Counted from the stretch's first letter, positions 29,443-40,207 are shown. The stretch: 53,992 nucleotides of DNA from Opitutia bacterium (GCA_014529615.1 JAABVD010000002.1:1750-55741), one strand, 5' to 3'. Notes: generated by a model not told the origin, from the letters alone. Made by a program: numbers and translations.

Positions 29443-30099
29443 TCAACGACGCAGGGAAAAGGAAAGAGGGAGGCGAACGCGGGTCTTCACTTTTCTGCCA
29501 TCCTTTTCACCCGGTTCGAACTTCCATTGGCGAACGGCTTTGATGGCATTTTCATTAAATTCCCGATTGGAGGATTTCGATACTCTGGGCCGTTTCACAT
29601 TCCCGAATTCGTCCACGATAAAGATCAAATGAACCTCTCCCTGGACGCGGTTACGTTTCAGTTCGGGAGGGTATTGCGGGCTGATCTTGACCAACGGAAT
29701 AGGCGGTTTATCGAGATCGGAAATTTCAAACACCATTTCATCGAAATTATCGGCGATATCAAATACCTGGACCGAAACACCGGAAGAACTCATTCCACCG
29801 TCTCCCGCGGTAAGGGCCATGTTGATCTGGTCCAGGGTCAATTGCTGTTCCTGCTTTTGCAATTCGATATCCTCCTCTTTCTCTTCTTCCTCTTCCGGCT
29901 TGGGAGGTTCGGGTGGAGGTGGAGGCGGGGGCTCGATTTGAATGCGGTTATTCTCCTCGTCCCTGTTCATATCGTCCAGGGAGGAGAAGATCTGAGTAAG
30001 GGGGAGGGCAATGAAAAGGGCCAGGGTGATAATCACGCCCAAAGGAAGGGAAAAGGAGAGGGAATTGCCCTGGTAATTCGAAGAGAAGACTTTTTTCAT
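29443..30099 (-). CDS. tonB: Energy transducer TonB
   Basis: It has an N-terminal TM segment and the Pro/Glu-rich linker EPPPPPPPEPPKPEEEEEKEE. The C-terminal TonB domain reads PQYPPELKRNRVQGEVHLIFIVDEFGNV...AIKAVRQWKFEPG. Confidence 0.9.
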   Translation of the reverse strand: MKKVFSSNYQGNSLSFSLPLGVIITLALFIALPLTQIFSSLDDMNRDEENNRIQIEPPPPPPPEPPKPEEEEEKEEDIELQKQEQQLTLDQINMALTAGDGGMSSSGVSVQVFDIADNFDEMVFEISDLDKPPIPLVKISPQYPPELKRNRVQGEVHLIFIVDEFGNVKRPRVSKSSNREFNENAIKAVRQWKFEPGEKDGRKVKTRVRLPLSFSLRR

Positions 30100-30136
30100 G
30101 GGGATATTGGATGTGGAAATTTGCCAACGGTGATGG

Positions 30137-30541
30137 TCACCGCATTTCGGAGGATATGCTGATTTTATTGGTTCGGCCCAGTTTGGCTTCGCCGATAACC
30201 CGGATGACCACCCCGGCGCTGGAATTTCTATCGACTTGCAAAATCACGGGCATGGGATCCCTGGCGTTCAATCGGCGAACAATGGGTCGAACGCCTTCCA
30301 CCCCGACTTCCTGGCCACCGTAAACCACCCGGTTGTTCCCGGTAATGGCGATCAAAATACTGTTCTTCTCCAAGGGAAGAAGGGTTTGAGTAATGGGCTT
30401 TTCGATGTCCACCCCCGGTTCCTCCACGAATACGGTGGTGACGATAAAGAAAATCAACAAGATGAAGACCATGTCGATCATGGGCGAAATGTTGATATCG
30501 CTCAGCTTTCCGCCTTCAGATAATGGTCTTCGTCCTTTCAT
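30137..30541 (-). CDS. exbD: Biopolymer transport protein ExbD/TolR
   Basis: The motif INISPMIDMVFILLIFFIV is followed by a periplasmic domain. Confidence 0.9.
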   Translation of the reverse strand: MKGRRPLSEGGKLSDINISPMIDMVFILLIFFIVTTVFVEEPGVDIEKPITQTLLPLEKNSILIAITGNNRVVYGGQEVGVEGVRPIVRRLNARDPMPVILQVDRNSSAGVVIRVIGEAKLGRTNKISISSEMR

Positions 30542-30551
30542 ACTCTAGGCA

Positions 30552-31193
30552 TTATCCGGATGGAGTAGCCGGGGAGGCGCCACCGGGAGATTTCTGATTC
30601 TTTTGTAACACGAGACTCTCTAGTCTGACAAGAAAAGCCGCATATTGATTCCTTTTCTTTTGAATCATGGCCACGAGCAGGTATCCCGGGATGGCGATTA
30701 CCAAACCGGTTTGAGTGGTAATCAACGCTTCGGAGATACCCTCGGCTACCAAGTCGATGGTTTTTCCGGAACCACTGGACAGGGCCTTGAAAGTGCTGAG
30801 CATTCCAATGACGGTTCCGAGCAATCCCAGCAGAGGCGCGACCGTTACCAGAATATTGAGAAACATCAACCGGGAGTCGACCACCGGAAGGGCGGCAGTG
30901 GAAATTTCCACAAAACGATTGCGCACCTCCTCGGTGGAATCGGCGCTTTCATCTCTGACATAAGAGATTATTTCGCCTACATGGCCCTCGCCCCTGGCGG
31001 GATCGTCGATCCACTTTTCGTATTGGGCTTCCGGCACCTTGTCATGGTTGCCCCGCCGGAAAAAGAGCATCATTTCCATGGCAGTGAAATAAATGATAAA
31101 GGCGAGGAAAACGAGGGGAACCATGACCCAGCCCCCGCTAAGCCAAACCTCGACGAAAGTCTCTATATTAAGTGCTTGGGCAAATATGACCAT
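30552..31193 (-). CDS. exbB: MotA/TolQ/ExbB proton-channel protein (short form)
   Basis: 213 aa. The conserved region is LLGLLGTVIGMLSTF...GISEALITTQTGLVIAIP. Confidence 0.9.
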   Translation of the reverse strand: MVIFAQALNIETFVEVWLSGGWVMVPLVFLAFIIYFTAMEMMLFFRRGNHDKVPEAQYEKWIDDPARGEGHVGEIISYVRDESADSTEEVRNRFVEISTAALPVVDSRLMFLNILVTVAPLLGLLGTVIGMLSTFKALSSGSGKTIDLVAEGISEALITTQTGLVIAIPGYLLVAMIQKKRNQYAAFLVRLESLVLQKNQKSPGGASPATPSG

Positions 31194-31205
31194 ACCGGCA
31201 TCTAA

Positions 31206-32603
31206 TCAGGTTCGTTGGGGCAATCCGTTAATAAAACCAACCGCGGTCCGCTCCATGCTCCCTAAAACGCTTTTGGACATGCGGGAGAGGAGGGCATGGA
31301 TGATGAGGGTGGGAATAGCGATAATCAATCCAAATTCGGTGGTAATGAGCGCCTCCGAAATCCCCGAAGACAATTGCCGGGCGTCACCGGTGCCAAAAAT
31401 GGTAATGAGTTTGAAGGTATTGATCATGCCGGTCACCGTTCCCAACAGACCCAGCAGGGGAGCGGTAGCGGCAGTAACGGCGATAAAAGGCAAAAAACGT
31501 TCCAGCTTGGGTTGCGTTCCCAACATCTGCTCGTAGAGGATTTCCTCGATAAGATCTTCCTCGGCATCGATACTCTCCATGGCAGCGGTCAACATCCTGC
31601 CACTGGGCCCCTTAACCCCGCGGGCAAATCTGAGGGCATCTTCTTTGTGACCGCTTCTGAGGTACTTCAGAATGGTCTCCAGATCCCCCGGGCTGGCCTT
31701 TTTCACGGACAGGAGTTCAATAACCTTGAATAGCGATATCAAGAACGCCACCAAGGCGAGGGTTAGAATGGGATACATCACCACCCCACCCTTATCGATG
31801 TGTTCAAAAAGCGTCTCCATCAAATTCAAGATGTCGAGGGCCTCATCGAGCTTTGAATCCAGAAACAAGATGCCGGAACCCGTTGTTGTGACGGCGGACA
31901 TGGCTTCCTCGGGAGCGCCTTCCACGCGAACCTGAAGGGGCCTCAGAACCAGAGGATTCACATCGACCAACCCCGCCGTTCCCCCTTGGGAAAACATTCC
32001 AATCGGCCCGACAATGGCGAAATTGCCTTGAACCAGATCACCACCTTCAACTTCGCACTCCCCTTCAAAGGTGTAACCGGCCACCATTTTCTCCAGGCGA
32101 CCGAGGGAAGCCTGCAGAACGGCCACTTGCATTTCATAACGTTCCCGCAAGGGGATTTCAGCATTGTCTTTGGCGTTGCGGGCTCGTTCCACCACATCGG
32201 AGTAGAGTTGAATCTCTCCCACGTGAAGGGCGTTGCCGAGGAATTCCTCGATATAATTCCCCAAGGCGGTGTGCAGGTAGTCGTTTTGCCGGGCCAGATC
32301 CGAATCCCTCTGTTCCAACTCCGCCTTGATGCGGTTTACGCCAGTGGCTTGCTCCACCACTTCATCGCGCTGATGGGTCAGCTCGATCTTCAGGTCCTCC
32401 AATTGATTGATTTCCTGGGCCAGTGGAATTTTTTTCTCGGCAATGTCGTTGCGAAGCTGGGCCAGTTCGGCCAGGACGCGCTCCAGATCGCCCTCGGTGG
32501 TTCGGGCGGCCGCATCGTAGTTTTGGGCCCCGGCATGGACGACCGAAAGCAACAGAACCAGGGTGATAAACGTTTTTGTGAACAATATCTTTTTCAGGAT
32601 CAT
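31206..32603 (-). CDS. Long MotA/TolQ/ExbB-family protein with ~250-aa N-terminal coiled-coil periplasmic domain (TtpC-like)
   Basis: The C-terminus reads PLLGLLGTVTGMINTF...GISEALITTEFGLIIAIP. The N-terminus has a signal peptide followed by a coiled coil. Confidence 0.85.
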   Translation of the reverse strand: MILKKILFTKTFITLVLLLSVVHAGAQNYDAAARTTEGDLERVLAELAQLRNDIAEKKIPLAQEINQLEDLKIELTHQRDEVVEQATGVNRIKAELEQRDSDLARQNDYLHTALGNYIEEFLGNALHVGEIQLYSDVVERARNAKDNAEIPLRERYEMQVAVLQASLGRLEKMVAGYTFEGECEVEGGDLVQGNFAIVGPIGMFSQGGTAGLVDVNPLVLRPLQVRVEGAPEEAMSAVTTTGSGILFLDSKLDEALDILNLMETLFEHIDKGGVVMYPILTLALVAFLISLFKVIELLSVKKASPGDLETILKYLRSGHKEDALRFARGVKGPSGRMLTAAMESIDAEEDLIEEILYEQMLGTQPKLERFLPFIAVTAATAPLLGLLGTVTGMINTFKLITIFGTGDARQLSSGISEALITTEFGLIIAIPTLIIHALLSRMSKSVLGSMERTAVGFINGLPQRT

Positions 32604-32616
32604 AGGTAACAGTCGG

Positions 32617-33396
32617 TTAGTCAGTCTCCTTTATTTCCACCGGAACATTGACGAATTCGGCCGGATGCCGGTTATCGGCGGCCAAAACGGCCAGGCCGAC
32701 CGCTTCCGCTATTTCGGGCCGATCCTGCCACACCCATCCTTTTCCTATGACCGGATACCCAAATCCGGCGTTTACTTGATTCTCATCAACAAAATAGGCT
32801 TGGCCAAAGCCGAGGTACAAGGTCTTCACTTCGAATATTTCGCCGTTTTCCTTCTCCCTCAGCTCGCTGCTGGGGGTTATCACTTTATTGAAATATTCGA
32901 CATTATTGAGCAGGGAAATGATATTCTGGATGCGGTCTCCCAAGGATACATCCAACTGGCGCCCGGAATCGGGATCGGGAATGCGCCGCAATTGTGTGGC
33001 AACCTTTTCCCGGAACACGGCGGGGAAAATCGTGGAGAGTGCAAGTATTCGCTTTTCGAAACCCGGCACCGCCTGCCTGATTACTTCGATGGCCTGTTCC
33101 TGGGTCGCAATACTTTGGCTGAACTCATTTTGTTCGCTATCTGCAGTGGTCATTTCCATCATGGAATCGGCCACGGCCTTGCGAAGACCTTCAATTTCGA
33201 TCTTCAGGAAGGTTATGTCGTCGTTCAGTGTTTTTTCTTCCGCCAGCCACTGGGTTCTTTCCTCGGCCAGAACCCGGCGCGCCTCCACCCACTTTTCCAG
33301 GGTCGAACGAGCCGCGGTCAAAACCTCGGCTCCCATCAGGGAGGAGGATCCACAGACGGTTAAGGCCAATATTAGAGCTACCTTTCCTATCTTCAT
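32617..33396 (-). CDS. DUF3450-like periplasmic coiled-coil protein (TtpB-like position)
   Basis: It has a signal peptide and a coiled coil. The C-terminal block YLGFGQAYFVDEN...GWVWQD...PAEFVNVPVEI is shared with the paralogue at 36739-37503. Confidence 0.7.
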   Translation of the reverse strand: MKIGKVALILALTVCGSSSLMGAEVLTAARSTLEKWVEARRVLAEERTQWLAEEKTLNDDITFLKIEIEGLRKAVADSMMEMTTADSEQNEFSQSIATQEQAIEVIRQAVPGFEKRILALSTIFPAVFREKVATQLRRIPDPDSGRQLDVSLGDRIQNIISLLNNVEYFNKVITPSSELREKENGEIFEVKTLYLGFGQAYFVDENQVNAGFGYPVIGKGWVWQDRPEIAEAVGLAVLAADNRHPAEFVNVPVEIKETD

Positions 33397-33436
33397 GTCA
33401 GGATTGTTTTAATGGCATGTTGAAATTCATATGGGT

Positions 33437-34879
33437 TTAGTTCCGCACCGCCCTGTAGACATTTCTGACCCCCACCAGGTAATCCTCCACGTGGTCCAGC
33501 GGTTGTACGTCCTGAGCTCGCTCCAAAGCGCGCACCGCTTCCCGGTACTGCTCCACGGCGACGAGCGCCTTGCCGTGATGATAGTAGGCTTTGGCTTCAA
33601 AATCGCGAAGGTTTTGGGCGCGCTCATAAAGGAATTCCGCCTTCTCGAAATTCCCGCCTTGCGCGTAATAGTCCGCCAACATGATCAGAACATCTCCGTC
33701 CAGGGGGTTTTCCACCACCATCGATTCCAGAAGGGGCACGATGGACTTGGACATGTTGTTGCCAGCGGCCTGGATCTTCGCATTCAACTTGCGAACGACA
33801 AAGGCCATTTTGCTGTCCAGGCTGTTTCCGTAACTGCGATTGATTTCGGTCAACACCTCGGCGGCGGCATCGTAAAACCCAGCGTCGATCAGGTCGGCAG
33901 CCGCTTCGATGGGCTTCTCCACGTTCAAGCGACCGCGGGCCAAAATGGCTTCCTTATACACACCCAGAGCAGCCTCTATGAAACCATTCTCCACGTAGAT
34001 ATCGCCCAAGGTGATCAGGTTTTCCGCCGAAATGGATCCCATGCGCCTGAGCACTTCGTAATTGGAAGCGACGTGGAGTTTTTCCCCCAGCCCCAGATAC
34101 GCCTCCGCCTGCAGTTCCCAATACTCGGTCTCCTGGGGATTCTTTTCGATCAGCGTTTCAAACAACCAGGTGGCGTCCTTGTATTTGCGCTGGAATAAAA
34201 TACTTTTGGCCAACCCGAACTCCCAGGCCTCGTTTTGCACCTCGTAGATCAGGGCGGATCGATAGGAGGTCTCCGAGGCGATAAACTGCTCATTTTCAAA
34301 GAAAAGGTATCCGAGAATGCCGAAAATATTCTTGTCCACGGCTCCAAGTTTGACCGCAGTTGTAAAATGCTCCCGCGCTTTGGCCTCGTTTCCGAGTTGG
34401 AAGTAAAGGAAGCCGAGGTTTTCGTGTGCTCTCAGAAAATCCTTGTGTTTCCTTGTGGCTGCCTGGTAGTGCCGAACCGCCTCCGGCAAATTCCTCTCCT
34501 GATAGGCAAAATTGCCCAGGATCATATGGAAGGTGGCGTTGGATCCCTCCTCCGCGGCCTTGGAGGCGAGAGAAGCCCGCGCCTCTTGCCGATTGGTCTG
34601 CATCAGGGTGGAAAATTCTTCCAAGAAGGTCTTATCGGTTGGGGACAGGCGCGGTTCCACCGTAATGCGAGGGGAATAGGTTCCAATAAACCGTTCGACA
34701 AAATCGGGGTCAGACCAGAAATCCGTTTGCTGCCTCTGGGCTTCCGAACGCGTTGTCAGCGCGCATACAACGGTGAAAATCAAAAGGGCCTGTGGTAATG
34801 TTTTGAAGGGGCGTAACATGAGATTTGCCATTAATCTGCCTGTGAGGGAAAGGGGGGGAAGAGGGCGAAAATGGGACAT
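33437..34879 (-). CDS. TPR-repeat protein, last gene of TonB2-type module 2
   Basis: Multiple TPR repeats are present. The ATG at 34879 is chosen because it follows the ExbD stop directly, and a signal-like segment follows it. The ORF-track start at 34939 would overlap exbD by 53 nt. Confidence 0.7.
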   Translation of the reverse strand: MSHFRPLPPLSLTGRLMANLMLRPFKTLPQALLIFTVVCALTTRSEAQRQQTDFWSDPDFVERFIGTYSPRITVEPRLSPTDKTFLEEFSTLMQTNRQEARASLASKAAEEGSNATFHMILGNFAYQERNLPEAVRHYQAATRKHKDFLRAHENLGFLYFQLGNEAKAREHFTTAVKLGAVDKNIFGILGYLFFENEQFIASETSYRSALIYEVQNEAWEFGLAKSILFQRKYKDATWLFETLIEKNPQETEYWELQAEAYLGLGEKLHVASNYEVLRRMGSISAENLITLGDIYVENGFIEAALGVYKEAILARGRLNVEKPIEAAADLIDAGFYDAAAEVLTEINRSYGNSLDSKMAFVVRKLNAKIQAAGNNMSKSIVPLLESMVVENPLDGDVLIMLADYYAQGGNFEKAEFLYERAQNLRDFEAKAYYHHGKALVAVEQYREAVRALERAQDVQPLDHVEDYLVGVRNVYRAVRN

Positions 34880-34886
34880 GGGATTT

Positions 34887-35312
34887 CTAATTGGAGCCGG
34901 AGAGGCTGATAATACCTGCCCCGCCGAGGCGTGCTTCATCCATTATTCTGACGACCAGCCCGGCATTGGCGGCATCCTCGGCTTCAACCAGAACTGGGGC
35001 ATCCCTGTCCTTTTGCAAGACTTGGCCGACCCTGGGACGGACCGATTCAATGCTTATAGCTTCGGTTGCTCCGGCCTCCTTGTAATAGATCTGGTTATTC
35101 TTATCCACCAATATGGTTACCGATTCCTTATCCTCATCGCGTTCATCCCTGATATCCGTCGCCTCAGGCTTTTCTACTCGGAAACCGGATTCTTCGACGA
35201 AAACCGTGGTTACGATAAAGAAGATGAGCAGAATGAACACCATATCAATCATCGGGGAGATGTTGATATTGTTTTGATCATCATCTGCACCGAGCGACTT
35301 TCTGTTTTTCAT
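34887..35312 (-). CDS. exbD: Biopolymer transport protein ExbD/TolR (paralogue)
   Basis: The sequence NISPMIDMVFILLIFFIVTTVFVEE is identical at protein level to the 30137-30541 copy. The DNA has diverged at synonymous sites. Confidence 0.9.
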   Translation of the reverse strand: MKNRKSLGADDDQNNINISPMIDMVFILLIFFIVTTVFVEESGFRVEKPEATDIRDERDEDKESVTILVDKNNQIYYKEAGATEAISIESVRPRVGQVLQKDRDAPVLVEAEDAANAGLVVRIMDEARLGGAGIISLSGSN

Positions 35313-35327
35313 GAGAGCGAGGTGTAA

Positions 35328-36707
35328 TCAGGTTTTTCCGGGTAGTCCGTTGATGAATCCAATGGCGGTTCGCTCCATGCTTCCGAGCACTCCTTTGGCC
35401 TTCCGGTGGAGGAGGGCGTGGCAGATCAAGGAAGGAATAGCCACAATCAATCCAAATTCGGTGGTAATCAATGCCTCGGAAATACCAGTGGAGAGGGATT
35501 TTGCATCACCTGTTCCAAAGATGGTGATCAATTTGAAGGTGGTAATCATTCCGGTAACCGTCCCCAAAAGCCCGAGCAAGGGCGCGGTTCCGGCGGTTAC
35601 GGCAATAAAGGGGAGGAAGCGTTCCAGTTTCGGTTGGGTGGTAATCAATTGTTGGTAGAGAATTTCCTCCACCTGGTCTTTGTCCCGGTCGGCATTTTCC
35701 ACCGCGGCGGTCAACAACCGGCCCACCGGACCCCCAATTTTCTGAGCGTATTCCAAGGCGCCCTTCCGGTCGCCCTCATTCAGGGTCTTGATAATATAGC
35801 TGAGGTCCTTGGGCCGGGCTCGGCGGACCCCGGAGATTTCTATGAACTTGAAAATGGCGATGAGCAGCGCAATACCGGCCAGTCCCAGAATGAAGTAAAT
35901 TACCTTTCCCCCTTTCTGGATAACTTCCAGAACGGTGTCTTTGGCAGCTTCCACCTGCACGGCCGAACCCAGAGTGACATCGATGGGAATGGACCCAGTC
36001 CCATCCTGGGAAAACTCTGATATGAGCAAATCGTATTCTTCTCCCAGGCTGATGGTGGTGGGTTGGGAGGAGCCAAACTCCCGCGTGGCGATACCGGAAG
36101 CGTTATTTTCGGGGCTGGAAAAGAAATAAATCGGACCCAGGACCGAATAGGTGCCCTCCTCCAATAAACCTCCCGGCAGGACACCTCTTCCGGAAAACTG
36201 GTGTCCGCCAACAATATTTTCCAGGCGCGTGATGGCCGCATTCAGGACCTGCAATTGAGTGTTGAACCGATCTGCCGCGGAAAGGTTGATATCCTCTATG
36301 GCAAGTTTGGCATCTTCGACCTGTTCAGCATAATGCTGCTGTTCGCTTACGTGAAGCCGGTTGTCGAAAGCGCGGATGTATTCACCCATGAGACTGGTCA
36401 AATAAGCGTTCTCGTCTTTGCGCGCCTCCACATCATTTTCCAGAGACCTCAGGTCGCGGTCCGTATTGTCGCGGCGGCGCAAAATACGGCCCAGATCCGC
36501 CCTCAGTTCGAAGGCGCGGTCTTTCAGCCGGCGCTCCTCGGCTTCCAGGGGCTGACGTTGCATGACAATTTGCTCTTCCAGGGCCTCCAACTGATCACCG
36601 GCCCGTTCGAGATCGGATCTGGCGCTTGAGGCAACCTGTTCAAAGGATTGGGCGCTGGAGGATATGGCGGCAAAAAACCCCAGCAGGGCAGTGAAGATGC
36701 TTTTCAT
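35328..36707 (-). CDS. Long MotA/TolQ/ExbB-family protein (TtpC-like paralogue)
   Basis: Over the C-terminal ~120 aa it is about 85% identical by eye to 31206-32603 (QPKLERFLPFIAVTAGTAPLLGLLGTVTGMITTFKLITIFGTGDA). The N-terminal coiled coil has diverged. Confidence 0.85.
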   Translation of the reverse strand: MKSIFTALLGFFAAISSSAQSFEQVASSARSDLERAGDQLEALEEQIVMQRQPLEAEERRLKDRAFELRADLGRILRRRDNTDRDLRSLENDVEARKDENAYLTSLMGEYIRAFDNRLHVSEQQHYAEQVEDAKLAIEDINLSAADRFNTQLQVLNAAITRLENIVGGHQFSGRGVLPGGLLEEGTYSVLGPIYFFSSPENNASGIATREFGSSQPTTISLGEEYDLLISEFSQDGTGSIPIDVTLGSAVQVEAAKDTVLEVIQKGGKVIYFILGLAGIALLIAIFKFIEISGVRRARPKDLSYIIKTLNEGDRKGALEYAQKIGGPVGRLLTAAVENADRDKDQVEEILYQQLITTQPKLERFLPFIAVTAGTAPLLGLLGTVTGMITTFKLITIFGTGDAKSLSTGISEALITTEFGLIVAIPSLICHALLHRKAKGVLGSMERTAIGFINGLPGKT

Positions 36708-36738
36708 GGCAAAATGTTAAGACCTTTCCAAAGGGGTG

Positions 36739-37503
36739 TTAGATTTCCACTGGCAAAACGACGAACTCCGCGGGAATCTCATTATTGTAAACCCTGATCA
36801 TCCTGCTGATGGGATCGATCAAGGTTGGATCATCTTCCCAGGTCCAGCCGGATTCCTTGGTTACCGTGCCGTATCCGGCTACACCTTTGTCCCGGTTTAC
36901 GTAATATGCCTTGGCCAAACCGATATAAAATACCTCGACCGATATGTTTTGACCCTCAATTTCACGCACTTCGGTCAAGACCTGAATCCCATTGTTGAAC
37001 ACTTCAATCTGGTTGAGCAGCCCCACGATGTTCTGCATCCGTTCTCCCAAACTGGCCTTGATCCTGTTTTCCGGAATATTCCGGTCGGGTATGCGTTTGG
37101 TCAGGCGATTCAGATTCTCCCTGTTATCCCGTGGAAGCGCGTTAACCAGAATCAGCACACGTTGCTCCAAATTGCGAATGGTTCCAGCCACCACGGCTGA
37201 GGCCTCCTTTAATTCTTCGATTTCCCCATTGAGGCGAATCCGGTCCCTTTCCGCTTGGGTAGACTGGTCTTCGGTGGCTCTGATCCGCTCCTGCAAAAGG
37301 GAAATTTCCAACTTCGCCAGCTCAATGGCATCCAGCAAAGACTGCTTTCTTACCAACCAGGAGGCCCGCTTGTCGGCGATATCCTGGCGGGCCGATACGA
37401 GTTCCTGAAATACTTTGCGGGTTTCCTCGAGTTGTGACTGCCCCCAACTGAGCGGAACCAGACATAGGGACAGGGTTAGTAAGGTAAATATTGTCCTGAT
37501 CAT
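36739..37503 (-). CDS. DUF3450-like periplasmic coiled-coil protein (paralogue)
   Basis: It has a signal peptide (MIRTIFTLLTLSLCLVPLSWG), a coiled coil, and the C-terminal block YIGLAKAYYVNRD...GWTWED...PAEFVVLPVEI. Confidence 0.7.
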   Translation of the reverse strand: MIRTIFTLLTLSLCLVPLSWGQSQLEETRKVFQELVSARQDIADKRASWLVRKQSLLDAIELAKLEISLLQERIRATEDQSTQAERDRIRLNGEIEELKEASAVVAGTIRNLEQRVLILVNALPRDNRENLNRLTKRIPDRNIPENRIKASLGERMQNIVGLLNQIEVFNNGIQVLTEVREIEGQNISVEVFYIGLAKAYYVNRDKGVAGYGTVTKESGWTWEDDPTLIDPISRMIRVYNNEIPAEFVVLPVEI

Positions 37504-37728
37504 GAAAAGAGTCAAAAGGCTCCAAGTTAAGGAAAAACCAAATCCGTGTATAGATTTTTTTAAAATTAAGGGGGCGGAGGAGGGTTAATCCTTTTTTCTG
37601 CCCGTTTTGACAAGGAAATAATTGAAACAAAATTGTAACAGACCCTGGACTCAACAGAAGGGATAGGGAGTTCGGCTCAACCCTTTTGCCCTTGACCAAG
37701 GCTGGCTTGAGCCCGACCAATTATCCCC

Positions 37729-38481
37729 ATGAAGGGACCCCTCCGAACCGCAATTCTGGTGCCCGCGCGATTGGCCAGCGCGCGATTCCCGGAAAAACTG
37801 CTCCACCCCATAAAAGGCAAAAGCCTCATCCTTCACGTGGCGGAACGCATCCGCGATCAAGGGCCCGAATACCCGCTGGTTTTTGCCGTGGACGACCCTC
37901 GCCTGGCCCGCGAAATTGAATCGGGGGGATTTGAATACCTCATGACTTCAAAGGACCACCCCAGCGGCACCGACCGGTTGGCGGAAGCCAATCGCACCTT
38001 GAAGGCCGATTACGTCATTAACATCCAAGGTGATGAACCCCTGGTTAGCCGGGATCAGATAATTATGTTGGGAAACCGGGTCGAGGGAGGGGCGGACATG
38101 GCGACTTTGGCCACCGTTATCAGGAAAAGGGAGGACTTTGCCGATCCAAACCAGGTCAAAGTGGTCCTGGATCAAACCGGCCATGCCCTCTACTTTTCCA
38201 GGTCGTCCATCCCCTTTTTCAGCGCCGCGGGGGGAAATCCCGACTCGAACGACTTGGCCCCAGCCCTCTGCTACCGCCACTTGGGCATGTATGCCTACAA
38301 AGCAACCTTTCTGGAGAAGCTTTCCAACCTCCCCCCTACCCGATTGGAGCAACTGGAACGGTTGGAGCAATTGCGGGTTTTGGAAAACGGACACAAAATA
38401 GCGGTGGGCATTACTTCCGATCCATCCATCGGCATCGATACGCTGGCCGATGCGGCCCGCTTTGAGCGTCAACTCCCCTGA
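37729..38481 (+). CDS. kdsB: 3-deoxy-manno-octulosonate cytidylyltransferase (CMP-KDO synthetase)
   Basis: Motifs present are [35 protein letters not shown] and HLGMYAYK. Confidence 0.92.
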   Translation: MKGPLRTAILVPARLASARFPEKLLHPIKGKSLILHVAERIRDQGPEYPLVFAVDDPRLAREIESGGFEYLMTSKDHPSGTDRLAEANRTLKADYVINIQGDEPLVSRDQIIMLGNRVEGGADMATLATVIRKREDFADPNQVKVVLDQTGHALYFSRSSIPFFSAAGGNPDSNDLAPALCYRHLGMYAYKATFLEKLSNLPPTRLEQLERLEQLRVLENGHKIAVGITSDPSIGIDTLADAARFERQLP

Positions 38482-39635
38482 ACGGCATATTTCGCCACCA
38501 TTTGGTAAAAATCATCAAATAGCGGGTCGGAATCATGAGGTCCGGGCGACGCTTCCGGGTGATACTGCACCGAAAACACGGGCAATTCCTTGTGCCTGAG
38601 CCCCTCCACCGTTTCATCGTTCAAATTGATCTCGGTCACAACCGCGCCCCGGTTTTCCAATTCGGCCCGAGTGGAGGCAAAACCGTGGTTCTGGGAGGTA
38701 ATCGAGACTTTGCCCGTCTCCAGATTCTTGACCGGCTGGTTGCCGCCCCGGTGGCCGAACTTCAACTTGAAGGTTCGCGCGCCCAACGCGTGGGTAATCA
38801 TCTGATGACCCAGGCAGATTCCAAAAGTGGGCAATTGTTGGATCATTCGCGAGACGGTCCGATGCACATAGTCGACCGCGGCAGGATCCCCCGGTCCATT
38901 GGATAAAAACACTCCGTCAGGCCGCCGCTCCAGCACCGCTTCAGCCGGAGTATTTGCCGGCACCACCTCGACCTCAAACCCATGATGACGCAGTTTGCGG
39001 AAAATATTGTATTTGGCCCCCAAGTCGAAGGCCACCACCCGGTAGAGAGGCCGGTCCAGATGGGGAGGCTGCAATCGGGTGCCCTTTACGGTGAAGGGGA
39101 CAGTGTCCTTCCCGGATTCGTCCCATTGGAACGATTCCTTGCAGGAAACCTCCTTCACGTAATCAACTCCGACCAAGCCGGGCCAACTTCTGGCTTTTTC
39201 AATCGCTTCATCGTCACCGATACCTTGGGTTGAAAGGCAGGCTTTGAGCGCACCGTGAACGCGCAACCTCTTGGTGATCGTTCGCGTATCCACCCCGGAC
39301 AACCCTGGAATGCCCTGCCGGGCCAAATAGCCGGCCAAATCCTCCCGGCTCCTCCAATTGCTGGTGGCAGGACTCAGGTCCCTTACCACAAATCCCAGAA
39401 CTTTGGCCCCATCCGATTCCTCATCCTCGGGATTAATGCCGTAATTCCCGATCTGGGGCGCCGTCATGGTGACGATCTGGCCAAAATAGGATGGATCGGT
39501 CAGGATTTCCTGGTAACCGGTCATACTGGTATTGAAGACGCCCTCTCCGGAAACGGTCCCCGTGGCCCCGAAGGCCGTCCCGCGAAAAATGCTTCCGTCC
39601 TCGAACGCTAAAACTCCAGAACCTGAGACCGACAT
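38469..39635 (-). CDS. carA: Carbamoyl-phosphate synthase small (glutaminase) subunit
   Basis: Motifs present are [25 protein letters not shown] (catalytic Cys), SQNHGF and [13 protein letters not shown]. Confidence 0.96.
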   Translation of the reverse strand: MSVSGSGVLAFEDGSIFRGTAFGATGTVSGEGVFNTSMTGYQEILTDPSYFGQIVTMTAPQIGNYGINPEDEESDGAKVLGFVVRDLSPATSNWRSREDLAGYLARQGIPGLSGVDTRTITKRLRVHGALKACLSTQGIGDDEAIEKARSWPGLVGVDYVKEVSCKESFQWDESGKDTVPFTVKGTRLQPPHLDRPLYRVVAFDLGAKYNIFRKLRHHGFEVEVVPANTPAEAVLERRPDGVFLSNGPGDPAAVDYVHRTVSRMIQQLPTFGICLGHQMITHALGARTFKLKFGHRGGNQPVKNLETGKVSITSQNHGFASTRAELENRGAVVTEINLNDETVEGLRHKELPVFSVQYHPEASPGPHDSDPLFDDFYQMVAKYAVQGS

Positions 39636-39704
39636 TAGCGATCTAGCAAAAGAGCCGAAGCACGGCCTGCAATCTAATTCTCACCGCCACCTGCCTCGAG
39701 ACGG

Positions 39705-40105
39705 AATGATGGAGTGGTGGGGAGAGGGAGTGATGGAGTGTTGGAGTGTTGGGGAGAATTGGGAGTGGATGGCTCTCAATCGTGATCTTGATCATGATCC
39801 TGATCGTGATCTCTCACCCTCATTCCTGAATCGCTCCTTTGGCGCATTCCCCTCTCCCTCCCTCACTTTGTGCCTTCCCTGTCACGCCGTAGACCATCGG
39901 CGGAGGCGGATGTGCCCCTGTGCCTTTCTCCCTCCTTTTGTGTTTTTTGTGCCCTTTGTGGTTATTTATCCGTGTTCATCCGTGGAATCCGTGGTTTCTC
40001 TCCCATTCTTTTTTCTCTTCTCCCTCTCTGTGCTCTGTGGCCTCTGTGGTTAAAATGCGGAGATTGGAAGAGAGATCACGATCAGGATCAGGATTGGAGA
40101 GAAAA
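39705..40105. repeat. Intergenic module mosaic R4 (A-D'-B'-L-H-K-D)
   Basis: GGAGTGATGG-type octamers lie at 39705-39760. An inverted (GATCAN)5 array has GATC at 39784, 39790, 39796, 39802 and 39808. GTGCC(T/C)(T/C)T octamers are at ~39868-39960, CCGTGTTCATCCGTGGAATCCGTGG at 39969-39993 and CTCTGTGCTCTGTGGCCTCTGTGGTTAAAATG at ~40026-40057. A (GATCAN)3 array is at 40074-40097. Confidence 0.85.
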
Positions 40106-40207
40106 GGGATGAACCACAGATAAAAGGGATAGCCGAAACTATTGGATTCGATTTGCCTTTTCCATCCTCATGGGCAGCCTCTCCCAAAACCAACAAAACT
40201 CGAATTC

